Shown here one piece after another: positions 15,347 to 25,883 of a stretch of DNA of 56,818 bases (within the stretch, counting starts at the first letter, position 1; every line of letters starts with the position of its first letter). This DNA comes from Thermoanaerobaculia bacterium (GTDB lineage Bacteria; Acidobacteriota; Thermoanaerobaculia; Multivoradales; UBA5704): assembly GCA_036521795.1 (NCBI GenBank), contig DATDGZ010000577.1, positions 1 to 56,818 on the forward strand, written 5' to 3'. Made by a program: the position numbers and the translations under genes. The notes below the pieces were generated by a model. The model was not told the DNA's origin. It did not search any database and saw only the letters and a program-made list of their open reading frames with translations.

Positions 15347-16099
15347 ATGAGCGACGGCGGCCCGGAGAGGAATCCCGGCGGCGGGGTGGAGACACGCGTG
15401 GCGGTGGTGAGCGGCGGCGGCTCGGGGATCGGGCGCGCGATCGCTCTCGAGCTCGCCCGCCGCGGCTTCGCCCTGGCGCTGCTCGGCCGGCGCCTGGCGC
15501 CGCTCGAGGAGACGCTGGCGGCGGCCGGCCTGCTCGCGTCGCCCGCTGGGCTGGCCCTGGCCTGCGACGTCCGCGACGCCGCCGCGGTCGGGCGTGCCGC
15601 GGCCGCCGTGGAGGCGCGCTGGGGGGCCGCGGAGGTGGTGGTGCCGGCAGCCGGCGCGGCTTGCATCCTGCCCTTCGCGGAGCTGCCGGCGGAGCAGTTC
15701 GCGGCCACCCTGGAGACCAACCTGACCGGGGTCTTCCTGCTGCTGCAAGCGCTGCTGCCCGGCATGCGGCGGCGCGGCCGCGGTTGGATCTTCGCCGTCC
15801 TGTCCGTGGCGGCGCGGCGCGGCTTTCCCGGCTGGGCGGCCTACTGCGCCAGCAAGTGGGGCCTCGCCGGCCTGCTCGCGGCGCTGCGCGAGGAGCTCGC
15901 CGGCAGCGGCGTGCGGCTGACCGCGCTCTACCCGGGCGCCACCGACACCCAGATCTGGCAGGGCATCCCGGGCGACTGGAACCGCGCCGTCATGATGCCG
16001 CCTGCCGAGGTGGCGCGCGCCCTGGGGTGCGCGCTCGACGCCGACCCGCGGACGCTCGTCGAGGAGATCCACCTGGGGCCGGCCGGAGGCGCGCTGTGA
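15347..16099 (+). CDS. Short-chain dehydrogenase/reductase (SDR)
   Basis: VAVVSGGGSGIGRAIALELARRG (TGxxxGxG) and AAYCASKWGL (YxxxK). The start is chosen at ATG 15347 (GGAGG 5 nt upstream, downstream of the candidate promoter), not at the 14606 ORF start. Confidence 0.85.
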   Translation: MSDGGPERNPGGGVETRVAVVSGGGSGIGRAIALELARRGFALALLGRRLAPLEETLAAAGLLASPAGLALACDVRDAAAVGRAAAAVEARWGAAEVVVPAAGAACILPFAELPAEQFAATLETNLTGVFLLLQALLPGMRRRGRGWIFAVLSVAARRGFPGWAAYCASKWGLAGLLAALREELAGSGVRLTALYPGATDTQIWQGIPGDWNRAVMMPPAEVARALGCALDADPRTLVEEIHLGPAGGAL

Positions 16100-16851
16100 G
16101 CACCGTGCGGCGGGACTGGCTGTGGCTGGCGCTGACGCCGCTGCTGCCGCTGGCGGCGGCGATCCCGGCCGCGGGGCAGTGGCTGCTGCCGCTGGTGGCG
16201 CCGCTCACCGTCTACCCGGCGTTCGCGGCGCGGGTGCGCCGCGGCGACTACGAGGCCGCGTGGCAGGTGGCGATGTCGTGGGCGGTGCTGCTCGGCCTGG
16301 GCGTGGTCCTGCTGGCCGAGCTGTGGCCGCAGGCTGCCGCCGCCGGCATCCTCCACGGCCAGGCCTACCGCGCGGAGATGTTCGGCTGGATCGCGACCGG
16401 CGCGGCGCCGGAGAACGACTGGCGCCAGTTCCTGCCGATCCACCTCGAGCACCTGGGACTGTTCGTGGTGCTCACCTGGGTGAGCGCCGGCTACCTGGGC
16501 CTGGTCATGGGCGCGGCACTGGTCGGCTGGATGAGCTACTTCGTCGGCTGCTTCGCGGTGGCCAGCGGCCACCCGGTGCTGGGCGCAGCCGCCGCCTGGG
16601 TACCCTGGGCGGTGCTGCGGGTGTTCGCTTTCGTGCTGCTCGGGGCGCTCTTCGCGCGGCCGCTGCTCGTCCGCCGGCCGTGGCCGTTCACGCGCCTCGA
16701 ATACCGCTTGATGGCGCTGGCGGCGGCGGGCCTGGTGGCCGACGTCCTGGTCAAGACGACGCTGGCCCCCACCTACGGCCTATGGCTGCGCCAGATGGCG
16801 CGCCACGCCGCCCCCGCGCTATACTCTGGCGCCTTCAGGACCTGGGGATGA
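16096..16851 (+). CDS. Polytopic membrane protein, unknown function
   Basis: The GTG at 16096 overlaps the SDR stop (GTGA). About 251 aa with roughly six hydrophobic helices (LWLALTPLLPLAAAIPAAGQWLLPLVAPL..., WAVLLGLGVVLLAEL..., LGLFVVLTWVSAGYLGLVMGAALVGWMSYFVGCF...). Its stop overlaps the ribH start. Confidence 0.65.
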   Translation: MSTVRRDWLWLALTPLLPLAAAIPAAGQWLLPLVAPLTVYPAFAARVRRGDYEAAWQVAMSWAVLLGLGVVLLAELWPQAAAAGILHGQAYRAEMFGWIATGAAPENDWRQFLPIHLEHLGLFVVLTWVSAGYLGLVMGAALVGWMSYFVGCFAVASGHPVLGAAAAWVPWAVLRVFAFVLLGALFARPLLVRRPWPFTRLEYRLMALAAAGLVADVLVKTTLAPTYGLWLRQMARHAAPALYSGAFRTWG

Positions 16852-17339
16852 GCGGCATTGAAGAGACGCGAGGGGACCTGGCCGGCGCTGGCCGCCGCTT
16901 CGGCATCGTCGCCTCGCGGTTCAACCAGCCCATCGGCGAAGCGCTGATCGCCGGCGCCGCCGACTGCCTGCGGCGCCACGGCGTGGCGCCGGACGACGTG
17001 CTGCTGGTGACGGTGCCGGGGGCCTGGGAGATCCCGCAGGCGCTGGCGGCACTGGGTGGCGAGCCGCCCGGCAGGCTCGGCAGGCTCGATGCGATCATCG
17101 CCCTGGGCGTGGTGATCCGCGGCGAGACCCCGCACTTCGACCACCTGTCGCGCGAGTGCACCGCCGGCATCGCCCGCGCCGGCGAGCGTCTCGGATTGCC
17201 GGTGGCCTACGGGGTGCTCACCTGCGACACCGCCGAGCAGGCCGAGGAGCGGGCGGGCGGCAAGGCGGGGAACAAGGGGTGGGAGGCCGCCCTGGCCGCG
17301 CTCGAGATGGCGGACCTGTTCGCGCGGCTGCGGTCCTGA
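16848..17339 (+). CDS. ribH: 6,7-dimethyl-8-ribityllumazine synthase
   Basis: RFGIVASRFNQPIGEALIAGAADCLRRHGV...VPGAWEIPQA...DAIIALGVVIRGETPHFDHL...PVAYGVLTCDTAEQAEERAGGKAGNKGWEAA. Confidence 0.93.
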   Translation: MSGIEETRGDLAGAGRRFGIVASRFNQPIGEALIAGAADCLRRHGVAPDDVLLVTVPGAWEIPQALAALGGEPPGRLGRLDAIIALGVVIRGETPHFDHLSRECTAGIARAGERLGLPVAYGVLTCDTAEQAEERAGGKAGNKGWEAALAALEMADLFARLRS

Positions 17340-17512
17340 CGTCCCGCGCACCCGATGATTCGCAGGCAGCTCCGGCACATCCGAGAAAACGTCGACCATC
17401 CTGGAAACAACCGACCGGCTCGACAACCGAAGGTAGGCAGGCAGGCGCGGCACCTGGCGGAAACTAGGGAGGCGGGGACATTCCCCGCCACGGGATCATT
17501 GAGACGAGGGCG

Positions 17513-17971
17513 ATGACTGCAGGCAAGCGGCGCACGGCGCGCGAGATGGCGGTCCAGATGCTCTACCAGAGCGATCTCGGCGGCAGCGCGCTGCCGCACA
17601 TCTTCTCGACGTTCGATCTCTCCGAATACCTGGGCGGTGATCTCGGCCGCCACAAGCGCCGCGTCGAGGACGCCTTCCAGTACGCCCAGGCGCTGGTGAG
17701 CGGCACCGTCGATCACCGCGAGGAGATCGACGCGATGATCCGCGGCCAGGCCGACAACTGGCGGCTGGAGCGGATGCCGGCGGTCGATCGCAACATCCTG
17801 CGGCTGGCGATCTACGAGATGCTCTACGAGCGGGACACGCCGAAGCTGGTGGTGGTGGACGAGGCCATCGAGCTGGCGAAGAAGTTCGGCTCCGAGCAGT
17901 CGGGGCGCTTCGTCAACGGACTGCTCGACGGCCTGCTCAAGCAGCACACCTTCCCCGGCAGCCTGACCTGA
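17513..17971 (+). CDS. nusB: Transcription antitermination factor NusB
   Basis: [17 protein letters not shown]...[21 protein letters not shown]...[31 protein letters not shown]. Confidence 0.93.
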   Translation: MTAGKRRTAREMAVQMLYQSDLGGSALPHIFSTFDLSEYLGGDLGRHKRRVEDAFQYAQALVSGTVDHREEIDAMIRGQADNWRLERMPAVDRNILRLAIYEMLYERDTPKLVVVDEAIELAKKFGSEQSGRFVNGLLDGLLKQHTFPGSLT

Positions 17972-17991
17972 CCCACGTGGGTCGTGCCGCG

Positions 17992-18030
17992 GGGAGGGAG
18001 GCAAGGGCAATCCAGCCAGGACACTACCCG
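17992..18030. repeat. Repeat family copy B (half unit)
   Basis: gggagggaggcaagggcaatccagccaggacactacccg. It is about 28/30 identical to 37468-37497 (tgggaggcaaggggcaatccagccgggacacccac) and shares AGGACACTACCCG with copy A. Confidence 0.65.
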
Positions 18031-18107
18031 CCGTTGGGAAGAGCGGGCCTGGCGGCCGGGTTTCGGAAGATAATCCAAGCGGCCGTGGAGAGGAAAGCGA
18101 GAGCGCG

Positions 18108-20627
18108 ATGAGCACGCCATACGACCCGAAGGCGGTGGAGGCCAAGTGGCAGGACCGCTGGGAGAAGCAGCGCGCCGCCGAGGTGGACCTGCGCCACGCC
18201 GAGGGCAAGTACTACATGCTCATGATGTTCCCCTACCCCTCGGGGGACCGGCTGCACGTCGGCCATGGCCGCAACTACATCCTCGGCGACGCCCTGTACC
18301 GCTACCTGCGGATGCACGGCAAGCGGGCGCTCAACCCGATGGGCTGGGACGCCTTCGGCCTGCCTGCCGAGAACGCCGCGATCCAGCGCCGCGTCCACCC
18401 GCGCGACTGGACGTTCGGCAACATCAAGGTGATGAAGCAGCAGTTCCGGCGCTGGGGCATCCTCTACGACTGGAGCAAGGAGATCGCCTCCTGCACGCCG
18501 GAGTACTACCGCTGGAACCAGTGGCTGTTCCTGCGCATGCTGGAGCGCGGCCTGGCCTACCGCAAGCAGGCGCCGGTCAACTGGTGCCCGAGCTGCCAGA
18601 CGGTGCTGGCCAACGAGCAGGTGGTCGACGGCGCCTGCGAGCGCTGCGGCACGCCGGTGGAGCAACGGAACCTCGAGCAGTGGTTCCTGCGCATCACCGA
18701 CTACGCCGACCGGCTGCTGGCCGGCCTCGACGACCTGCCGGGCTGGCCGGAGAAGGTCAAGGCGATGCAGCGCAACTGGATCGGCCGCTCGGAAGGAGCG
18801 GAGATCGACTTCGCCATCCCGGTGCTCGGCGAGCGGGTGACGGTGTTCACCACCCGCCCGGACACCCTGCACGGCGCGACCTTCCTGGTGCTGGCGCCGG
18901 AGCATCCGCTGGCGGCGCCGCTCATCGCCGGCCATCCGCGGCAGGCGGAGATCGAGGCCTGGATCGGACGCGTCCGCAACACCCCGCGCATCGAGCGGGA
19001 AGGGGAGGGGAGCGCGAAGGAGGGCCGCGACACCGGCAAGACGGCCATCAACCCGGCCACCGGCGAGCCGATCCCGATCTGGCTCGCCAACTACGTGATG
19101 CCCGACTACGGCGCCGGCGCCATCATGGCGGTGCCGGCGCACGACGCCCGCGACCTGGTCTTCGCGCGCCAGGAAGGCCTGCCGGTGCGGCTGGTCTACC
19201 ATCCGGAGGAACCGCCCGGGGAGGGCGGTGAGCTCGCCGGGGCCGCCGATCCCGCCGCGCCGGATCCCGCCGCGCTGACCGAGCCCATCCTGCACACCGG
19301 GGTGATCCGGAATTCGCCGCCGCTCGACGGCCTGCGCGATGGACCGGCGGCGGTGCGCCGCGCCATCGAATGGTGCGCGGCGAGCGGCTTCGGCCGCGCC
19401 AAGGTCGTCTACCGGCTGCGCGACTGGCTGATCTCGCGCCAGCGCTACTGGGGAACGCCGATCCCGGTGCTCTACTGCGAGCGCTGCGGAGCAGTGCCGG
19501 TGCCCGACGACCAGCTGCCGGTCGAGCTGCCCTACGACGTCCAGTTCACCGGCCGCGAGGGCAACCCGCTGGCGCGCGTGGCGTCGTTCGTCCACGTCCG
19601 CTGCCCGCGTTGCGGCGGCCCGGCGCGGCGCGAGACCGACACCATGGACACGTTCGTCGACAGCTCCTGGTACTACCTGCGCTTCCTGTCGCCGCGCGAC
19701 GGCACGCGCATGTTCGACAGCGCGATCGCCAACCGCTGGGCGCCGGTGGATCAGTACATCGGCGGCATCGAGCACGCCATCCTCCACCTGCTGTATGCCC
19801 GCTTCGTCTGCCGCGTGCTGCACGACTTCGGCATGGTGGGCTTCGAGGAGCCGTTCGCCAACCTGTTCAACCAGGGCATGATCACCCGCTACGCGGAGGT
19901 CTCGGGGCGGGTGGAGAAGATGTCGAAGTCGCGGGGTAACACGGTGTCGCCCGACGCCCTGATCGACGAGATGGGGGCGGACACCGAGCGCGTCTACACC
20001 CTGTTCATCGGCCCGCCGGAGAAAGAGGCCGAATGGAGCGACGAAGCGGTCAGCGGCGCCTACCGCTTCCTCGGCCGGATCTGGCGCATGGCCGAGAAGC
20101 TGGCGGAGGCGCCGGCCATCGCGCCGGCGGACGCCGAGCTCGAGCGCGACCGCCATGCGGCCATCCAGCGGGTCACCCACAGCATGGAGCGTTTCCACTT
20201 CAACACCGCGGTGGCGGCGTTGATGGAGCTCGGCAACTCGCTGTCGCGCGCGCTCGAGGAGAAGACCGCCTCGCGGCTGTGCTGCGAGGAGACCTTCGAC
20301 ACCCTGCTGCAGCTGCTGCATCCGATGGCGCCGCACCTCACCGAGGAGCTGTGGGAGCGCCGCGGCCACGTCGAGACGCTGCTCGACACTTCGTGGCCGG
20401 AGCTCGACGAGGCCAAGCTGCGCCGGGCGCGCATCAACCTGGTGGTGCAGATCGACGGCAAGCTCCGTGACCGGGTGGAGGTGGACGCCGGTGCCGCCGA
20501 CAAGGAGGTTCGCGCCGCCGCCCTGGCCAGCGCCAAGGTGCAGGAGCACCTGGCCGGCAAGGAGGTCGCCAAGGCGGTGGTGGTGCCCGGCCGGCTGATC
20601 AACCTGGTAACCCGGAGGTCCGCATGA
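18108..20627 (+). CDS. leuS: Leucine--tRNA ligase
   Basis: 839 aa: [21 protein letters not shown] (HIGH-type), the CP1 editing region and [10 protein letters not shown] (KMSKS). Confidence 0.97.
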   Translation: MSTPYDPKAVEAKWQDRWEKQRAAEVDLRHAEGKYYMLMMFPYPSGDRLHVGHGRNYILGDALYRYLRMHGKRALNPMGWDAFGLPAENAAIQRRVHPRDWTFGNIKVMKQQFRRWGILYDWSKEIASCTPEYYRWNQWLFLRMLERGLAYRKQAPVNWCPSCQTVLANEQVVDGACERCGTPVEQRNLEQWFLRITDYADRLLAGLDDLPGWPEKVKAMQRNWIGRSEGAEIDFAIPVLGERVTVFTTRPDTLHGATFLVLAPEHPLAAPLIAGHPRQAEIEAWIGRVRNTPRIEREGEGSAKEGRDTGKTAINPATGEPIPIWLANYVMPDYGAGAIMAVPAHDARDLVFARQEGLPVRLVYHPEEPPGEGGELAGAADPAAPDPAALTEPILHTGVIRNSPPLDGLRDGPAAVRRAIEWCAASGFGRAKVVYRLRDWLISRQRYWGTPIPVLYCERCGAVPVPDDQLPVELPYDVQFTGREGNPLARVASFVHVRCPRCGGPARRETDTMDTFVDSSWYYLRFLSPRDGTRMFDSAIANRWAPVDQYIGGIEHAILHLLYARFVCRVLHDFGMVGFEEPFANLFNQGMITRYAEVSGRVEKMSKSRGNTVSPDALIDEMGADTERVYTLFIGPPEKEAEWSDEAVSGAYRFLGRIWRMAEKLAEAPAIAPADAELERDRHAAIQRVTHSMERFHFNTAVAALMELGNSLSRALEEKTASRLCCEETFDTLLQLLHPMAPHLTEELWERRGHVETLLDTSWPELDEAKLRRARINLVVQIDGKLRDRVEVDAGAADKEVRAAALASAKVQEHLAGKEVAKAVVVPGRLINLVTRRSA

Positions 20628-21160
20628 AAATCCGTTCCCTGTTGCTGCCATCGGCGGCCGCCGTGGCGCTTGCCGGGGCCGCCTTGACTCTCGCCGGGTG
20701 CGGCTACGCCCTCGTGGGGCGCGGCAACGCGCTGCCGCCCGACATCCAACGCGTCTACATCAAGCCAATGGAGAACCGCACCGGGCACCAGCGGGTGGAC
20801 CAGGCGGTGACGCTGGCCATCGGCGACGAGATGGTGAAGCGCCACCGGTTCACCCTGACCACGTCGCGCGAGGGGGCGGATGCGGAGCTGTCGGGAGCGG
20901 TGGTGGGGTTCGGGGCGACGCCCGTCACCTTCGACGCGGCGGGGCGCGCCACGGCCTACGAGCTGTCGCTGACCGCTTCGATGGTCTTCAAGCGGATCAG
21001 CGACGAGAAGATCATCTGGCAGAACGCCAGCTACAACTTCCGCCAGAACTTCCCGCTCACCGCCTCCAACGCCTTCGTGGACCTCGAGTACAGCGCCATC
21101 GACCAGGCGGCGAAAGCCTTCGCCCAGACGCTGGTGAGCGATCTGCTGGAAGGGTTCTAG
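20624..21160 (+). CDS. lptE: LPS-assembly lipoprotein LptE-like
   Basis: Lipobox LTLAGCGY. About 178 aa, placed immediately after leuS with an ATGA start/stop overlap, which is the conserved leuS-lptE synteny. Confidence 0.75.
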   Translation: MKIRSLLLPSAAAVALAGAALTLAGCGYALVGRGNALPPDIQRVYIKPMENRTGHQRVDQAVTLAIGDEMVKRHRFTLTTSREGADAELSGAVVGFGATPVTFDAAGRATAYELSLTASMVFKRISDEKIIWQNASYNFRQNFPLTASNAFVDLEYSAIDQAAKAFAQTLVSDLLEGF

Positions 21161-21183
21161 TCGCGGGCGCCCCCCGGCCTGTC

Positions 21184-21450
21184 TCAGGCGGGGAGGGCGT
21201 GGACCTGGGAGGCGAGGCGGGACTTGTAGCGCGAGGCGGTGTTCGAGTGGATGATCTTCTTCTGGGCGGTGGCGTCGATGATGCTCAGGGTGGCGGGAAG
21301 GAGGTCCGTGGCGGTCGCCGAGTCACCGGCGTCGACGGCCGCGCGCAGGCGCTTGATCGCGGTGCGCAGGCGCGAGCGGTGAGCCCGGTTGCGGTCGCGG
21401 GCGGCGGCGTTCTGGCGGATGCGCTTCTCGGCGGACTTGGTGTTGGCCAT
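21184..21450 (-). CDS. rpsT: 30S ribosomal protein S20
   Basis: MANTKSAEKRIRQNAAARDRNRAHRSRLRTAIKRL... Confidence 0.95.
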   Translation of the reverse strand: MANTKSAEKRIRQNAAARDRNRAHRSRLRTAIKRLRAAVDAGDSATATDLLPATLSIIDATAQKKIIHSNTASRYKSRLASQVHALPA

Positions 21451-21472
21451 TCGTTACCCCTAACAAAGCAAA

Positions 21473-21490
21473 GTCGCACCGAAGTGCGAC
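21473..21490 (-). promoter_or_regulatory. Leader hairpin in the rpsT 5' UTR
   Basis: The reverse strand reads GTCGCAC-TTCG-GTGCGAC: a 7-bp perfect stem with a UUCG tetraloop, about 22 nt upstream of the rpsT ATG. Confidence 0.5.
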
Positions 21491-21498
21491 GGAGCAGG

Positions 21499-21528
21499 TT
21501 TATAGCAGCTCGCGGCGGCTGCCGTCAA
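21499..21528 (-). promoter_or_regulatory. Candidate rpsT promoter (TTGACG-N18-TATAAA)
   Basis: On the reverse strand: TTGACG (21523-21528), an 18-nt spacer and TATAAA (21499-21504). Confidence 0.5.
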
Positions 21529-21547
21529 GCCCGGGGACCTACCGGAC

Positions 21548-22447
21548 CTACCGGTCGACGCCGATCTCGCGCAGGCGCTGGCGGGCGAGGTTCGCCTCGT
21601 CGCTGGTCGGGAACTGCCGCAGCACGTGCTGCAGCTGCACCACGCCCTGGGAGCGCTCGCCCAGCTCGAGATGCGCGTAGCCCTTCTTGAGCAGGGCACT
21701 GGCCGTCTTGTCGCTGCGCGGGTAACGGTTGAGCACCGCGTCGTACTGCTCGATCGCCTGGCGGTAGCGCCGCTGGCGGTAGTAGCACTCGCCGATCCAG
21801 TAGGTCGCGTTGGCCGCCAGGGTGGTGCTCGGGAAGCTCTCGAGGTACTGCTGGAAGCCGCGCAACGCCAGGTCGTAGCTGCTCTTGAGATAGTCGTTGT
21901 AGGCGGCGTTGTAGAGCGCCTGGGGATCGCCGGCGGAGCGGTCGCCCCGGTCGGGGATCCGCTCGTCGTGGGGTCCCGCGGCGGCCGGCGGCGATGGACC
22001 GCCGCCGCCGTCGGGGGGCGGCTGACCCGCCGGGCCGGCAGGGGCCACCGGAGCGGCACTGCGGAAGCCCTTGAGCTCCTGGTTGGTGGCGGCGATCTGC
22101 TGCGACAGCTGCGCCAGGCGGTAGTTGGTGTCCTCGAGCTTGGCCTGCAGCGCCTCGATCTGCCCCGAGAGGTCCTGCAGCTTCACCTGCATGTCGGCTT
22201 CGGTCTTGAGCAGCGAATCCATCTGCTTGCCGACCGAGGTTTCCAGGCTCTGGACCTCCTCCTTGCTGGAGCTCTGCTTCTGCACCTGCAACACCTGGCG
22301 CTGGACGTCGGTGAGCTGCGTGCGCAGCCCTTCGATGTCCGACGAGGTGACGCAGCCGCCCATCATGCCCATCATGGCAACGACGCAGGCGGTGCCCGCA
22401 AGGCGAGCACCGGCGAGGGTGGCGGAAAGCCTCGGCCTGGGAACCAC
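21548..22447 (-). CDS. cpoB: Tol-Pal system protein CpoB/YbgF (coiled coil plus TPR)
   Basis: N-terminal coiled coil (IEGLRTQLTDVQRQVLQVQKQ...) and C-terminal TPR repeats (YNAAYNDYLKSSYDLALRGFQQYLESFP...ATYWIGECYY...). It is the last gene of the tol-pal cluster. Confidence 0.85.
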   Translation of the reverse strand: MVPRPRLSATLAGARLAGTACVVAMMGMMGGCVTSSDIEGLRTQLTDVQRQVLQVQKQSSSKEEVQSLETSVGKQMDSLLKTEADMQVKLQDLSGQIEALQAKLEDTNYRLAQLSQQIAATNQELKGFRSAAPVAPAGPAGQPPPDGGGGPSPPAAAGPHDERIPDRGDRSAGDPQALYNAAYNDYLKSSYDLALRGFQQYLESFPSTTLAANATYWIGECYYRQRRYRQAIEQYDAVLNRYPRSDKTASALLKKGYAHLELGERSQGVVQLQHVLRQFPTSDEANLARQRLREIGVDR

Positions 22448-22464
22448 TTGGCGCCGGCCTCGCG

Positions 22465-23055
22465 CTAGCCCTGGTTGGTGTGGCCGGTGATGACCATGTG
22501 CGCGCGGCGGTTCTGCGACCAGCAGCTCTCTTCGTGCTCGGTGCAGACCGGACGCTCGGAACCGTAGCTCAGAGTGCGCATGCGGTCGGCGCCGACGCCC
22601 AGGGAGCCGAGGTAGCTCTTGACCGCGCTGGCGCGGCGCTCGCCCAGCGCCAGGTTGTACTCGGAGGTGCCGCGCTCGTCGCAGTGGCCCTCGACGGTGA
22701 GGTTCAGGCGCGCCTGGGCCTTCAAGAGATCGGCGTTGCGCGACAGCTTGCCGCGCGAGTCGTCGCTCAGCGCGGATTCGTCGAAGGCGAAGTAGACGTC
22801 AGGGCTGAAGCCGCGCCGGCGCAGCTCGTCGTTGACGATCTGCATGTCCTGCGACAGCAGCGGGTCTTCCGTCTGGTCCTGCCTGGTCTGGTCGCGCGGC
22901 GGCTGCACGTCGGTCGTGGGGCTGGAAGGCGGCGGCACCGTAGTGGTCTCGACGTTGAGGTCGGACGGCTTGGTGGCGGGCTTCTTCTTCGGGCAGCCAT
23001 AGAGCATGGTGAGCAGCAACGGCGCCATCACCCAGATCAACCGCTTGTCGAGCAT
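22465..23055 (-). CDS. pal: Peptidoglycan-associated lipoprotein Pal (OmpA-like)
   Basis: Start at ATG 23055 (GGAGG upstream): MLDKRLIWVMAPLLLTMLYGCPKK lipobox, then the OmpA_C motif LTVEGHCDERGTSEYNLALGERRASAVKSYL. Confidence 0.9.
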   Translation of the reverse strand: MLDKRLIWVMAPLLLTMLYGCPKKKPATKPSDLNVETTTVPPPSSPTTDVQPPRDQTRQDQTEDPLLSQDMQIVNDELRRRGFSPDVYFAFDESALSDDSRGKLSRNADLLKAQARLNLTVEGHCDERGTSEYNLALGERRASAVKSYLGSLGVGADRMRTLSYGSERPVCTEHEESCWSQNRRAHMVITGHTNQG

Positions 23056-23180
23056 TTTGGGGCCTCCTCTCCCTCTCAGAACCTGTCGGGCGCCGCCGGC
23101 CCCGGGGAGAGGACGGCGGCTGGCTCCGAATATACCACCTCGGCCTCTCGGATCGCGATATTCCCTGGCGGGGCGGCCAT

Positions 23181-24602
23181 TCACTTCTCGAAGTTCTGCC
23201 GCGACCAGTCGGCCATGTCGTTGCCGCCGGCGTCGGTCAGCTGGTGGACGTTGCCGCCGTCGCCGGCGTCCATCACGTAGAGCTGCTTGGCGCCGGTGCG
23301 GCGGGAGGTGAAGACGATCTTGCGGCCGTCGGGCGAGAAGGCGGGCGACTCGTTCTGGCCCGGGCCGGTGGTCAGGACCCGGGTCTCGAGCGAGCCGACG
23401 TCGACCACGGCGATCTGGAACACCCCCTCCCGGCGGCTGGTGTAGGCGATGCGCTCGCCGTCCGGGCTCCAGGCGGCGCCGTCGTTGTAGGTGCCGTCGA
23501 AGGAGATGCGGCGCTGGTTCGCTCCCTCGGCATCCATGATGTAGATGTGGGGATTGCCCGCGCGGCTCGAGGTGAAGGCGATCATGTTGCCCTTCGGGCT
23601 CCAGGCCGGGTTGGTGTCGATGGCCGGCGAGCTCGTCAGGCGCCGCAGGTTGCCGCCGGAGCGGTCGCAGGTGAAGATCTCGATGTTGCCCTCGAGAGAC
23701 CGCGCGAAAGCGATCTGGCTGCCGTCGGGAGAGAACGTCGGGCTGATGTTGAGCGAGCCCGAGGTGACCAGCGGGCGCTTGCGGCCGGCCGCCAGGTCGG
23801 CGAGGTAGACCCCGGGGTAGCCGTTCACGAACGAGGTGTAGGCGATGGCGTCGCCGGTCGGGCTCCAGGCGGGCGACATCGAGGTCGACCGGTGGTTGGT
23901 GATCCGCCGCTGGTTGTGGCCGTCGTAGTCCATGATGAAGATCTCTTTGCGGCCCTCGCCGGTGCGGTCGGAGGTGAAGGCGATGGCGGACATCGCGATC
24001 CCCGGCGAGCCGGTGAGGTAGCGCACCACCTCGTCCGCGAAGGTGTGCGCCATGCGGCGCGTGACGGTGGTCTTGCCGCGGTAGCGCTTGGCCAGGATCG
24101 CCTTGCCGCTGCCGACGTCGAACAGGCGGCCCTCGAACACCAGCTTGTCGTCCTCGGCGTGGGTGTCGCCGAGCAGCACCACCTCGGCCCCCGCGCCACG
24201 GTAGGCCGGCAGGTCGCGCTCGACGTCGCCGGAGAGCGACGGCGCCTTCCAGGCCTCGGCGCCCTGGATCTCGAAGTACCCGGAGAAGTCGAGGTCGGCG
24301 CGGACGGTGGCCTCCAGCTCGCCTCCCGCCGCCGCCAGGTCGCCACCCAGGTTGCCGGGATGGAACGGGGGAAGCGCCAGCTTGATCTTCGGACGCTGGC
24401 CGCGGTGCGACTCGATGGTCACCGACGAGGGCGGCGGCTGCGGCTGCGCCGCGGCCGGCGGAGCGGCCGCCGGAGCGCCCGGTGCCGGCGGGGGGGGCTG
24501 GCCCGAAGAGAGCAGCGAGGGGGCGCCGAGCGCGGCGCCGGCGAGCGCGGCCAGCAGCGCGAGCCGGGCTGGCAGTCGTGGGCTGACGAATCTCGATCTC
24601 AT
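23181..24602 (-). CDS. tolB: Tol-Pal beta-propeller protein TolB
   Basis: 473 aa with repeated ...PAWSPDG/PTFSPDG..IAF.S.R.G...I... blades. Confidence 0.93.
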   Translation of the reverse strand: MRSRFVSPRLPARLALLAALAGAALGAPSLLSSGQPPPPAPGAPAAAPPAAAQPQPPPSSVTIESHRGQRPKIKLALPPFHPGNLGGDLAAAGGELEATVRADLDFSGYFEIQGAEAWKAPSLSGDVERDLPAYRGAGAEVVLLGDTHAEDDKLVFEGRLFDVGSGKAILAKRYRGKTTVTRRMAHTFADEVVRYLTGSPGIAMSAIAFTSDRTGEGRKEIFIMDYDGHNQRRITNHRSTSMSPAWSPTGDAIAYTSFVNGYPGVYLADLAAGRKRPLVTSGSLNISPTFSPDGSQIAFARSLEGNIEIFTCDRSGGNLRRLTSSPAIDTNPAWSPKGNMIAFTSSRAGNPHIYIMDAEGANQRRISFDGTYNDGAAWSPDGERIAYTSRREGVFQIAVVDVGSLETRVLTTGPGQNESPAFSPDGRKIVFTSRRTGAKQLYVMDAGDGGNVHQLTDAGGNDMADWSRQNFEK

Positions 24603-24615
24603 GTCACCGCCTCGT

Positions 24616-25437
24616 TCACCGCGCGATCCATGTGACCTCCAGGGAGCTGTGGTTGAGGGTGTAGGCCCGTGGCAGCGGTGCGAAGGGAGCCGCGTTCTGC
24701 ACCGCGCGCAGCGCCGCCAGATCGAAGGTGTCGAAGGCCGACGACTCGCGCACCCGGAGGTCGCTGATGCTGCCGTCGCTGTGGATGGTGAAGAAGATGA
24801 CGGCGTGCGCGTCGCTGCCGACCGGCGACCGCGTCCAGGACTCCTCGATCCGCGACTGGATCTGGGCGAAGTAGTAGTTGTATGCGAACTCCTGGTTCAC
24901 CGGAGCCACGGTCAGCGAGCCCACGGCGGCCTTGCCGGCCGCGGTGCCGGTGGCGGCGCCGGGAGTCTCCACGGTCGGCGGCGGGGCGGCCGCTTTGAGC
25001 TTCTTTTCCAGCACCTCGCGCGGCGGCGGCAGGAGCTTGGGCTGGGTGGTGGGATCGACCCGGTTGTCCGGCTGCGCCGGCTTCGGCTTCTCGGGCTTCG
25101 CCGGCTTCGGCGGCGCCTGCGGGCGCGGCAGCACCGGCGCCTCGGCCGAGCGGGGTGGCAGCGGCGGTTCTTGCTCGGCCTTGGGGGGCGGCTGCGGCGA
25201 CCGAGGCGCCGGCGGTTGCCGCTCGGCGGTGCGCTGGGCGCCGAGCCGCTGTGCCGGCACCAGCTGCACCGCGACGTATTCGAGCGGCGGCGGCGACGGC
25301 GCGAGCCGCGGCAGCGCGATGAGCAGGGCGCCGACCGCGACGTGCAGGCCGGCGGCGGCGATCAGGCTCGCCGCCGCCGGTCCGGAGCGCACGAGCCGCT
25401 CGCGCTCTGCCAGGACCTGGTCGACCGCGAGGTCCAT
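24616..25437 (-). CDS. TonB-family energy transducer in the TolA position
   Basis: N-terminal TM (LIAAAGLHVAVGALLIALP), a Pro-rich linker and a TonB_C-like end (YYFAQIQSRIEESW...AVIFFTIHSDGSISDLRVRESS...FDLAALRAVQNAAPFAPLP). It lies between tolR and tolB. Confidence 0.8.
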   Translation of the reverse strand: MDLAVDQVLAERERLVRSGPAAASLIAAAGLHVAVGALLIALPRLAPSPPPLEYVAVQLVPAQRLGAQRTAERQPPAPRSPQPPPKAEQEPPLPPRSAEAPVLPRPQAPPKPAKPEKPKPAQPDNRVDPTTQPKLLPPPREVLEKKLKAAAPPPTVETPGAATGTAAGKAAVGSLTVAPVNQEFAYNYYFAQIQSRIEESWTRSPVGSDAHAVIFFTIHSDGSISDLRVRESSAFDTFDLAALRAVQNAAPFAPLPRAYTLNHSSLEVTWIAR

Positions 25438-25441
25438 GACG

Positions 25442-25870
25442 CTAGCTCCGCGGCCCTTTCGGGGGGCGCTCGGTCACCATGCCGACGTGCACGATGCCGC
25501 TGCGGTGCAGGCGGTCGAGAACCTCGATCACCCGGCCGTAGGGGACGCCGCGGTCCCCCTTGAGGAAGACCGTGTCGTCCGGGCGGCCGGCGAGGCGGTC
25601 CTTGATGCGGTCGGAGAGCTCGGAGAGCGGCACCCGCGCGTCGCGCAGGAACACCTCCCCGCCGCGATTGATCGACAGCACGATCGGGTCCTGCACCTTG
25701 AGCGGCAGGTTGCGGGCATCGGCCCGCGGCAGGGCGACCTGGATGCCCTGGTGCAGCATCGGCGTCGCCACCATGAAGATGATCAGCAGCACCAGCATCA
25801 CGTCGACCAGCGGCGTCACGTTGATGTCGCCCATCACCTCGTCTTGTTCGTCGCGCAGGTGGAAAGCCAT
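25442..25870 (-). CDS. tolR: Biopolymer transport protein ExbD/TolR
   Basis: INVTPLVDVMLVLLIIFMV... Confidence 0.9.
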   Translation of the reverse strand: MAFHLRDEQDEVMGDINVTPLVDVMLVLLIIFMVATPMLHQGIQVALPRADARNLPLKVQDPIVLSINRGGEVFLRDARVPLSELSDRIKDRLAGRPDDTVFLKGDRGVPYGRVIEVLDRLHRSGIVHVGMVTERPPKGPRS

Positions 25871-25883
25871 GGCCCGTTCCCGT

